In this document: positions 54,396-64,000 of the stretch, piece by piece | Position numbering within the stretch: position 1 is the stretch's first letter | How the letters are laid out: each line of letters begins with the position of its first letter | NCBI GenBank assembly: GCA_976551045.1 | Contig: CDPCPM010000076.1 | Coordinates: forward strand, 26,412,001 to 26,476,000 | Reading direction: 5' to 3' | Source of the DNA: Glaucostegus cemiculus | Lineage: Eukaryota | DNA: 64,000 nucleotides | The notes under the pieces: generated by a model | The model's input: the letters and a program-made list of their open reading frames with translations, nothing else | The model's database searches: none | What the model was told of the DNA's origin: nothing | Made by a program: the position numbers and the translations under genes

Positions 54396-55335
54396 TTACA
54401 AGATACTCTGGAATAGGGTCACGAGGTTTAGTGACAAAGGTGAAGCTGAACTTTGTCTGACGTGGCCCTTTAAAGGTCTTTACTCATGCAATCTTAGGGG
54501 CAAACTTCCTAATTGCAGAAAACATGTTATTTAAACGATTTTGCAAATCAGTGAGCCTAATTACAAGGCCATTTTACTTGCTCATGAATCTCAAGCTTCT
54601 GGTCTTGGGAGCAGGCCAGGTTCTGAAGGTCAAAAAAGACACCATAGAATGAAAGGCATTTTTGGGGGAACACTTGGAAACAAAATAGATTCAATTTGTC
54701 TGGATTTATTTGGATTAATAAATCAATTTTTAAATGGCCATGTTTCTAACATAAAAGGCAGATTATTGAAATAGCTTAAAACTTTTATCCCTCTTGATTT
54801 TCTCCAAATATGATTTAGCCAGTTCTTACACTTGGTTAAAGGATACAGTACATTATACCATTTGTGGAGCTAATAAGCACTAAATGTACCACTCACAGGT
54901 AGTTCCCCTGTGCTTAATGATAGACACTGGCTCTCGGTCAATTCAAACATTGATTTTAAAATTCACACACCAATTTTTAAATCCATGCCTCTTGCTCTTT
55001 CCTAACCCTGTAATCTCTTCCACTCTTCAATCTTCTGAGATATAGGCACCATCCAAATCTGGTGTTCGGATGATCTCCAAATAAAGTGGCCCCACGATCA
55101 GTGGATATGTATTCATTACTGTGGGCCTGAGCTCTGAAATTCCCTGCAGAAACTTCTGACACTACTTTTAAGTGTTCATTTAAATCTCTCCCTTCAAACA
55201 AACTTCTGGTAAACAGTCATGATCTTTTTCTTAGGCACTCAGCATCAGCTTATGCTTGATAATGCTCCTATAGGATGCTTTGGAGTATTAAAAGGTGTTA
55301 TATAAATAGAAGTTGTCATTGTTGTTGAAGAGGTT

Positions 55336-55357
55336 CCCCCCCCCCCCCCCCCCCCCC
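55336..55357. repeat. C22 homopolymer (G22 on the transcribed strand)
   Basis: Read directly from the sequence. Confidence 0.9.
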
Positions 55358-57342
55358 AGAGGACTGTTATTATATTACAAGTAGATCTCCCATACAAATG
55401 CCTCTCCTAAGTTATGAGTTATGGGGTCCTAATGATCAATGAAACAAAATCTATAGGGATGAACACAACTGGCAGTCAATATTTGTGCACATTTAACAAA
55501 GAAAGAAAACACAACTTTCTACCCCATGAGGTTTTGCAGCTCTTGATATTGCTATCCCCCACCGTGAATTTCATTAAACCTAACTAAAAGGTATATCAAA
55601 TTTTAGATGCACAAATTAAGCTCTTAATTTGAGAAGTTTAAAGAATTCTACATATCTGTATAAATAACCTACACACATATAGGATAATTATCTTAATCAT
55701 ATAAATTGATAGTTTTTGTTGAACGAACTGCTCTGATGTGAATGCCAAGTTAAATGCAAAATCTTGCTTAAAATTACTTAAGTTTAAAACAAAAAGCTTG
55801 TGTTACGAACTTAATTCTACACTCACAACTAAATGTAACTCATGGACTGACTTATGAGGGAATGAGTCATGTTAATATATAGATGTTTGTGGTAAGGATC
55901 ATAAATTATGTATTGGAAAAAACTCCAGAACCAGTAGGACTTGATGATTTGAATTTGAGAAGCCTGATTATTAAGTACAATAAATTTCTGGTAATCTGGC
56001 ATGCTAGGAACTTTAGTGGTGCCAAACAGGTAGATTTTCAAGAATACTGGATACTATTCCTATTAATACCTCTACATTATTTCAATTGATTTTGTTTCAG
56101 ACATTACAGGGCATGATAAATTTTCCAATGAACCAAGTAGAAAGGGAGCACAGCAAACATTATCTGGTGAACCAGATGCTGAGCTATTGGGATTTCCAAT
56201 AGTCAAATAATGGACTAACTATTCCAATAAAACTCTGGTACAAACAGTGAAGGTATAACACGCAATGGGAAAATATAATGTACCATTCTTTTCCTGAAGC
56301 ATACATTTATAACTTTATGACTCCAAAGCCTGACATTTGTTGTGGATGCACCAGATTAATTCAAGCAGAAATCAGTTTTCTGACAGGCTGGTTTTGTGAG
56401 AAGTTCTGTATTTTCAGTCTCGACATTACTCGAAAAAAAGATTTGATATATATTTCAGTGGAACTTCCAATCTTTTTTTTAGGAGACTTCAAAATTTTCT
56501 TTATAGTGTCAGCATTAGTAAACAACATTCACTAACTCAGCAGCAAAAAAATTGTGAGAACCATTGCTGTTGTGCCCTGATAATATAAACCAGCCATTGT
56601 ATAGATTTGATTTAATTAGGTTGGTTAGGACATTACAAGTGGTAAAAATGACTGAGCACAAGGCTCATCTCAAATGCACCCTCCCTGGCCCCTTAAAATA
56701 GCTTTTCTTTATGTTTATGCCTTTAAACAATATATTACCAGAGTAGCAATTCATAGACTTGAAGTTCAGAGAATACAAATTCAATTTCTACCAGGATAGT
56801 TTGAGCTTGAATTCCATATAATAAACATAATTTTGGAAAACCAAATTGGAACAGCAAAGGGGATCATGAAGGCTATCAGACTATGATTAAAAACTAACTC
56901 ACACTATTGATAAACTGACTATCTCACAAGGTCTGGCTTATACGTCACTCCCTTCTCATCAATATAGTCGACTCTCAACTAACCTCCTGAAGTGCCTTTT
57001 TGTTCTTTCAAATTAACAACAATGCCTCTGGATCAAGGTGGCAGACCACTACCACCCTCAAGGAAATCAGGCCATAGGAAAAAAAAATGCAAGCAACAGC
57101 CAGATCCTAAGAATGAGAAAAAAAGCACATCATTGCCTTTCTGACAAACATGTTAATTCAACCTAATAAGACAGTTGATATTAAACTTCCTACTACCAGC
57201 GCGAAAGATCCCACTTTATTAACCATGCTTTATGCAAACAAAATCTTGCCACTTACAATAAACTTAAGCTTCAACTTTACATTTAACCACAGCGTTGCAA
57301 TAATGTACAGAATTATTAGGAAGAGCATGAGAAATAACTTAC

Positions 57343-57410
57343 ATCTAAGATTTTCCTGCTGTAAGCAGTTGCATGAAGCAGAGAAAACACTGCTACTGGC
57401 ACCAAGCATA
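57343..57410 (-). CDS. TMEM33: TMEM33-family coding exon (equivalent to exon 4, 68 nt)
   Basis: ...atttgtacag|TA TGC TTG GTG CCA GTA GCA GTG TTT TCT CTG CTT CAT GCA ACT GCT TAC AGC AGG AAA ATC TTA GAT|gtaagt gives (L)CLVPVAVFSLLHATAYSRKILD. Human, from memory, is MSIFPVLLFSLLHAATYTKKVLD. Phase 1 fits the upstream exon and phase 0 fits the downstream exon. Confidence 0.93.
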
Positions 57411-58657
57411 CTGTACAAATCTGGATAAGGAAAAGTTTTAAAAACACAAGTCAAAGAATTCAGATAAAGTATAATATAATTGAAAAAACAGCTGTCCAGT
57501 GAGAAAGATTTTGTTCAAACATTTTGACATTTGAAAGGACAGAAGTGAACAGAAATTGCACAACTTCAAATTCTTAAAAGGTGTCTTACTTAACCTCCAC
57601 CCATTCACCAAATTTTTAAAATCTAAATTTACTGGAATGCTGATAGAGCTTCTACAATCTATTGACCCATTCTTTTAAAACAACCTTAAAAATCAAATGA
57701 TATTTCTTAAACACATACTGATATTTTGAATGTGGGTTGATAAATGTTTTTTGCAAACCCATAAAAACTAATCCATGGTTTATAAACAATGACCATCATT
57801 TACCATTTGCTTTAATTTTATCATCAGTCATTATAACAATGTGGTAATGGAGACACTGGGGAAACAACGTCCTTTCCTTATCCCCAATATACTCTTCTGC
57901 AGTTGTTGCCAATTACTACGAAAGTATGGTCCACAGGATCCAGTAGCTTTTCTGTACATAGGGACATTTGCACTGACCTTCAATGGCCTCATGACTGATT
58001 TATCTGTGTTTGGCACATAACCCTCAATACCTCTGAATAACAACTAATTAAAACAAAAGTTAAACTCAGATTATAACTGACATTTGATCCATCATTAGTA
58101 GCTTGTGGAAGAGAACTTGTATTATCCCATTCCCCTGAAATGCTTCCAACTTTTAGACAAACCTCAAGTCCTGGACTCCCCAACTAGCTTCTATCTACCC
58201 AATTATCTTTCCTCAATGTTGTGGAAACTGCATTCAAATTGCCCCCTGAACTCTCTAAATTACAGGGAATAGAGCCCAAACTTGGCAATTTGTTTACCAA
58301 AGCAAGTTATCTTTGTTGTTTGGTCTCACCAACATATGAAAGCATGTTATTTCATAGAAGGGTGAATTGTGTCTTCTTCCAATAGCTATGCATGTACACT
58401 TCACTACAGGAGCTAGTTCAGAGTTAACCCTTAGACTCTAGCTACAGCACAATAATCAAATATTTATTCAAATCAAATGTTTCTAATACAAAAAAAGGAT
58501 GCTCAATTGGTCCACCAACTATTAGATATTTTAGCTCTTAAACTAACGTGTAGATCAGTTATTTGCTGTTAAAACTGAACCATTATACAGAAGTACAGTA
58601 GCCTACCACCTGTACTATCTGTAGAAACACCAGTCAGAGACTGGTCAACAATTTTAT

Positions 58658-58952
58658 AAGATAAGATTTCCTTTTTAGTCACATGTTCATCAAAACACAG
58701 TGAAATGCATCTCTTGCGTAGAGTGTTCTGTGGGCAGCCTGCAAATGTCGCCACGCTTCTGGCGTCTACATAGCATGCCCATAACTTCTTTACCTGCACG
58801 TCTTGGAAAGTGGGTGGAAACCAGAGCAGCCAGAGAAAACCCACACAGACACGGGGAGAACGTACAAACTCCTTAGAGACAGCGGCCGGATTTGAACCCA
58901 GGTCACTGGCGCTGTAAAGCATTACACTAACTGCTACACTACCATGCCTGCC
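58658..58952 (-). mobile_element. tRNA-derived V-SINE, near full length, inside the U12 intron
   Basis: Reverse-complement homologue of 8646-8946 over its whole length. Confidence 0.88.
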
Positions 58953-59929
58953 TTATGTTTACCCTTTCCCTCTGAGCCATCAGGTGTGTAAAATTTGCCA
59001 TAGTCAGCAGATAAATTCTGATTTCCTCACACAGCTCCAAAATTCCAGTGTTATTGCATCTACTTTTGCATTTTTAGATCGCCCATTGCTTTTTCTTTGC
59101 ATGCAAATATTCCTTTTCCTTACCTTCCTTCTTATTTGTCATCAGCCTTCACTGCCTGCTGATTACTGCCTAACACAATTCTCCTTGCTTTCCTGTTTTC
59201 TATAGCCCAGTGTCTCTTTTGATGTTCTTCGTTGATATCTGGTCCTGATTCCTGTTTCCTCCTGAGAACCTATTTACTCTTATCCATTTCCTCAGTGCTT
59301 TCAGACTAATGGACAGAACGAAATTACAAAATATCAATAATTTTGTTTTTAAAAAGTAGAAGTTTATAATAGCTATAGAATCCAACAATTGAACTTTTGG
59401 AGTAGGACAAACTTTTTCTGTTTATCTATTATTCAATTTACCTATAAAAATGCAGTCACTTGTTTATATTAACCATATCTAATTTTAAAGGAATTATTTA
59501 AAGCAACTCAATATTTTCAAAATAAACAGAAGTGTTTAGTATGTATTTTCTTTGGCTTATCCCATTGTAAAAATTGAAAGAACTGTAATGGAGCACCAGT
59601 AACTTTAGACAGCATCAGCAATTCCCCTGCAAAAAGGGAAATCTGTGACCTTGTGTGCCATTGAGATCATTTGCTTTAGGGGCACAAGTGCTTAACATTG
59701 GCTGGTCCTTTTAAAATGGCTACTTGGGTATTCCTATGGGAAGCGAAAAGAAAAACCATGTTTCACGTAAACCTTGTAAATCACTTACCCATTGCAAAGA
59801 TTTTCATTTACACTTTTGTGATGCCAACCCTAGCACCGTTAGAGGTCACACACAGAATAGTGGATTTCACAATCCGACTTTAAACATCAGAATTACATGA
59901 ATAGTTGTATTTTCCCCACATTTCCATTA

Positions 59930-60425
59930 AGATGTGGAGGCATTGGAGACGGTGCAAAGGAGATTTACCAGGATGCTGCCTGGTCTAGAGAGTATGGATT
60001 ACGTGGAGGGACTAAAGGAGCTAGGGCTATTCTCACTGGAGAGGAGGAGGATGAGGGGGAGACATGATAGAGGTATACAAGATATTGAGAGGAAATGATA
60101 GAGTGGACAGCCAGTGCCTCTTACCCAGGGCACCAATGCTCAAGACAAGAGGACATGGCTTTAAGGTATTGAGTGGGAAGTTCAAGGGTGTTGTCAGAGG
60201 GAGGTTTTTCACCCAGAGAGTGGTTGGTGCATGGAATGCACTGCCTGGGGTGGTGGAGGCTGATACGTTGGACAAGTTCAAGAGATTGTTAGATAAGCAT
60301 ATGGAGGAATTTAAGATAGAGGGATATGTGGGAGGAAGGGGTTAGGTAGTCTTAGGTGTGGTTTGAAGGATGGCACAAAAATGGTGGGCCGAAGGGCCTA
60401 TTTTGTACAGTATTGTTCTATGGTT
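59930..60425 (+). mobile_element. Relatively young CR1/HER1-type LINE 3' ~500 nt, inside the U12 intron
   Basis: [68 protein letters not shown] is the CR1 ORF2 C-terminus; tail gtattgttctatggtt. Confidence 0.92.
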
Positions 60426-60930
60426 AGTTGCTGGAATATTTCTTTACAAGTGCAGATAGAAAAGGAAATAGCTTAGTGCAACAACAGAATCCAATAGTGT
60501 GAGAATTAAAGCATAATCAACTGGCACAAGGGTCAACCAAGTCCGTGCCAAGTTGCGCAACGTAATAAAGTAATAAGTAGTGCCATTTTACACAAACAAC
60601 TTAAGTAAATAAAATTTACAATGTTAATAGGGAAAACTGATTTCTTTATTGCTACATATTTCACTGAAAGTGTGCCTTTTATTCAAACATTTGAGTTATT
60701 AGTCAGAACTCCAGTATTACACTAGTATTATGAACTTACTGGGAAAAAATAATCAGGTAACAAGAGGTGGTTAAAATAAAAAGCAGAGGGCCACTAAAGA
60801 TTAGTCTCCTCAGCAAGACCTTATGGATTCCTAGACTTTTTTGTTTAAAACCTTATTAAACCTTCCCATAAGATTTGATTGCTGTCAAAGAGGTAACTTA
60901 GTTTATACAATGAAGCATAGTGAAGGATAC

Positions 60931-61118
60931 ATGTAATGGGATAGGAAGTAATAAAGATAAGCGAGTACAGCAAGTAGTGACAGCTATCCTCCAGGAGTGC
61001 CTGTGTGATATAGGCTCTGCTGAACTGGAATCTGGGAAGCCTTTGGTGCAGTCGGCAGGCACTAGTCAGGGCATTAGCCAGTAATGCTCTCTGGTAGAAA
61101 TAGCCACCTTCAGCAACT
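60931..61118 (-). CDS. TMEM33: TMEM33-family coding exon (equivalent to human TMEM33 exon 3, 188 nt)
   Basis: Reverse complement reads ...tttcttgcccatag|A GTT GCT GAA...ATT ACA T|gtatccttca. It translates as (G)VAEGGYFYQRALLANALTSACRLHQRLPRFQFSRAYITQALLEDSCHYLLYSLIFITSYPIT, matching the TMEM33 motifs FYQRALLANALTSA and EDSCHYLLYSLIF. Orthologue versus paralogue is not resolved. Confidence 0.95.
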
Positions 61119-62453
61119 CTATGGGCAAGAAACAGACAAAAAACATTCAGCTTCTGTTTACTGCAATCAATACAATTGCATCACTGAATTGTAGTACCAT
61201 ACAGGGGAAATGGAAGGTGGGAAAGTTACCATTAATACTTATAGCTTTTATCATTATTTATTTGTTGCTGTTTTTGTTTTACAACTTGTATTTACCTCCA
61301 TGGTTTACAGAAAGTCGTTTGGGTGACTGAAATATGCAAATCTGTCACCATCTACAAAGAACTACAATTCACGTCACTGAGAATGTAACATGCATCAAGT
61401 TTATTTTGCCGAAAATGTGAATATTTACCATCAAATCTAGGTCTTAAGAACTTAAATGCAACCTTAATGTGGAAAGGATGCTGCTGGAGTTTACCCTACT
61501 AAGCTGTAATACTACTTCCCACTGACTTGTCCACATAGGAGTATGCTAAGGGCCGGGAATCCTACAACAAAACACCAGTGACAAGTCTAAATCTTTGGGT
61601 TTCACTCATGAGCTAGAATAACCACTGACTACTAACAGTGTTTTGGAATATTATGAAGTTGTCTGACTGAGGTACCATATCATTAAATCCAAATGGATGA
61701 TGGACTTGATCCAGAAGTTCTATTGCTAGGTATGTCATCTTGCAGACAACCCTTCCCTTAATGGCAAATGGAATTCACCCTGAATTGGGCATACAGAATT
61801 CACTATGTGCTCTTCATAAATAAGGTGAGCAATACAAATTATGATGAAATAGATGCATATAATGCACTATTCCACTGACATTAGTATACACACATTCCGT
61901 ATCCCGTGTAGTGTGGCACCATCACTGGAGATATGAACTTCAGCAATGGCCACTATATTAAATGCATAATGTCAAGCACTCAACTCTCAATAAATGAATA
62001 ACTTCATATCTAGTGTCTGGTTAATGCCTTACAATACAAGGAAGATGTTCTTCATTAACTGTATGACAGTGGTCTGGTTTTAGCAGAATAAACCATAATG
62101 GTTAATTTGAGTCGTGCCTGCTGTCAGATTGCTTTGGATACCAAATTTCCAATGCCACAATCAGATTAACTCATCATTAATTAAGGAGTCCAGCACCTTC
62201 TCGGAAAAGCTTAGGGAGAAACGTGCATTTTCACAAATAAAGTACTGGAAATACTTAGCTGGTCAGGCAGTGTCTGTGGATGTTTCAGAACTGAAAAAAA
62301 ATGTGCAACTGGCAGAGAGGGGAAGCAGTGAAGAGAACAAAGACTACATATGTGATAGGTGAAAACCGAGCTCGTCCAAGTGACAGTATGTTTTCTGTGC
62401 TGTCTAGTTAACAGATGAATCAGGACAGCTAGAAAGTGAGAAAACAAGCAAAA

Positions 62454-62891
62454 GAACACGCTGAACTGCAAGATGCAGAACACGCTGAACTGCAAGATGC
62501 AGAACACGCTGAACTGCAAGATGCAGAACACGCTGAACTGCAAGATGCAGAACACGCTGAACTGCAAGATGCAGAACACGCTGAACTGCAAGATGCAGAA
62601 CACGCTGAACTGCAAGATGCAGAACACGCTGAACTGCAAGATGCAGAACACGCTGAACTGCAAGATGCAGAACACGCTGAACTGCAAGATGCAGAACACG
62701 CTGAACTGCAAGATGCAGAACACGCTGAACTGCAAGATGCAGAACACGCTGAACTGCAAGATGCAGAACACGCTGAACTGCAAGATGCAGAACACGCTGA
62801 ACTGCAAGATGCAGAACACGCTGAACTGCAAGATGCAGAACACGCTGAACTGCAAGATGCAGAACACGCTGAACTGCAAGATGCAGAACAC
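62454..62891. repeat. Perfect minisatellite: 18 copies plus 6 nt of the 24-mer GAACACGCTGAACTGCAAGATGCA
   Basis: 62454-62885 is 432 nt, or 18 identical units; no variant unit was seen. Confidence 0.97.
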
Positions 62892-62914
62892 AGCAGTTGA
62901 TCGAAATTTAAACG

Positions 62915-63135
62915 AGAGAACGCTGGAACATAACCAGCAGATCAGGCAGCACCTGTGGAGAGATTAAAAAAAAGTGGAAAACCTTACTTCAGAACTGACC
63001 AGGAAAGTTTGAAGATCTGAAATTGTTAAGTTCAATATTGTCTCTAGAGCTGTATGGGCCTAGACAGAAGATGAGATGCTGCTTCTTGAGTTTATGTTGG
63101 ACTTCACTGGAAAAGTGTAGGAGGCCAAAAACAGA
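62915..63135 (-). mobile_element. Penelope-like element remnant: GIY-YIG endonuclease C-terminus plus terminal unit
   Basis: The minus frame GLLHFSSEVQHKLKKQHLIFCLG....NIELNNFR resembles the Penelope-type C-terminus (GLL.C..E..RKLEEQHLIFRLG.LQP.G.NIEF). The terminal unit gctggaa..cagcagatcaggcagcacctgtggagaga is adjacent. Confidence 0.65.
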
Positions 63136-63489
63136 AGCAAGAGTGTGATGTAGTAGCTCAGGCTGCTCTATCGTACATAGTTGGAGGTCAGCATTGCTCC
63201 TTCTTGCATATTTTGCCATATTTCACAGGCTGTCCCAAGGTGGTGCAAAAATACCCAAAGATTTCCTTAACCAGAGGAAAGCATTTTGCACATTGTAGTA
63301 GGCACAGGACTTGCACTGCCACCACCCAATCATTAGAAATCAGGAAACAAAGGTGCCAGCACCCTTTGTTGGTACACACTTAATAACAATGTCTAGAATG
63401 ATGTTAATCCAGAAGCTAGTCTGTTGTGATGTATCAACAATTAGCTGCATTTTTAACCTTCAGTCACAGCCTTCTTTAGATTTTTTTTT

Positions 63490-63950
63490 GACAAAGCTGG
63501 AACATTGTAGCAGAATCTACTAGCAATAAGGCCACAGCTGGAGCACTGCATCCTATTTTGGTCACCATACTCAAGGAAGTACCTAAAGGCTCTAGACGGT
63601 GCAGAGAATATGTACGAGGGCGGCTCCAGAGATGAAAGATTTCATTAGATAAAAAAAAAGATGTAGTTGTTTTCCTTTCAGCAAAGATGGAAAGAGGAGA
63701 TTTGAGAAAGGTGCCCAAGATTATGATGCATTAGACAGGGTAAAATAGACAGAAGCTGTTCCCATCAGGATATGCTTCAATGGCCAAGAAGCACAGATAA
63801 AGTAATGGGAAAAACGTAACAGGGAGATCTGAGAACAAACTATTTTATGTAGAAAGTGGTTATAATTTGGAACTTGCCTCCTGCAAGGATAATAGAAAGA
63901 GGCAATTAGGGTTTTCAAAAGACAATTAGATAAGCCCTTAAGGGAAAATA
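63490..63950 (+). mobile_element. Old CR1-type LINE 3' fragment
   Basis: ggccacagctggagcactgcatcc..tggtcaccatactcaaggaag (RPQLEHC..WSPY), agaggagatttga, gcattagacagggtaaatag. Confidence 0.7.
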
Positions 63951-64000
63951 CCCATCTCCTAGCCCAATATCCTCTGATTCTAGAAGACACCTGTCAAAAT

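Larger units (their letters stand above)
37151..57342 (-). other. U2-type intron of the TMEM33-like gene, about 20.2 kb
   Basis: GTAAGT donor at 57342 and polypyrimidine-TAG acceptor at 37151; the flanking exons join in phase 0. Confidence 0.85.
57411..60930 (-). other. U12-type (minor spliceosome) GT-AG intron, 3520 nt
   Basis: The 5' splice site GTATCCTTCA (60930-60921) matches the U12 consensus RTATCCTT. A branch-site-like TTTTCCTTATC (57434-57424) has its A 16 nt from the exon, and there is no polypyrimidine tract directly before the used AG. Confidence 0.9.

Noticed and set aside
55975-56240. Possible Tigger/pogo-derived MITE (tacaataaatttctggtaatctggca...)
   Set aside because: The resemblance is from memory only, and a matching second terminal inverted repeat could not be identified.
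382-59883. The many remaining 60-140 aa ORFs in the track
   Set aside because: They show no recognisable domains, many start at non-ATG codons, and their lengths are as expected by chance or they overlap decayed repeats.
60064-60345. 93-aa ORF as a host gene
   Set aside because: It is the C-terminus of CR1 ORF2 in a 5'-truncated LINE copy.
62454-62891. CRISPR-like array
   Set aside because: The units are head-to-tail with no unique spacers, there are no cas genes, and the context is eukaryotic.
62211-62967. Long ORFs (226, 154 and 164 aa) with 8-aa repeats, such as EHAELQDA, looking like a coiled-coil or repeat protein
   Set aside because: They are by-products of a stop-poor 24-bp tandem repeat that is open in five frames. 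There is no synonymous variation between units, the location is intronic, and the flanks are TE-derived.
61119-64000. Upstream TMEM33 exon (human MWLSRLFTVYC region)
   Set aside because: Not found by eye on the minus strand; it presumably lies beyond the window end.

Overview
Vertebrate genomic DNA, AT-rich and CpG-depleted. The repeat content (CR1/HER1-type LINE tails, V-SINEs, Deu-domain SINEs, Penelope-like termini) points to a cartilaginous fish; this is an inference. The window lies inside, or just downstream of, one minus-strand gene, a TMEM33 (Pom33/UPF0121) family member that the ORF track misses. Three spliced exons are visible: 61118-60931 (188 nt), 57410-57343 (68 nt) and 37150-37017 (134 nt). 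They join in frame to give ...FYQRALLANALTSACRLHQRLPRFQFSRAYITQALLEDSCHYLLYSLIFITSYPITLCLVPVAVFSLLHATAYSRKILDIIGPNSIPWMRSFLDKMTMHQQILFKFIACNEILLMPAGVFMLLG. The first intron seen (57411-60930) is a U12-type minor-spliceosome intron. The next is about 20 kb, and no further exon was found by eye in the remaining 37 kb. The rest is non-coding, with decayed LINEs and SINEs, a 5'-deleted Tc1 element carrying a nested LINE tail, Penelope-like termini with decayed hammerhead-ribozyme motifs, and a perfect 18-copy 24-bp minisatellite. No prokaryotic or CRISPR-type system is supported. Comparisons to known proteins and repeats are from memory, not database searches, and repeat boundaries are approximate.
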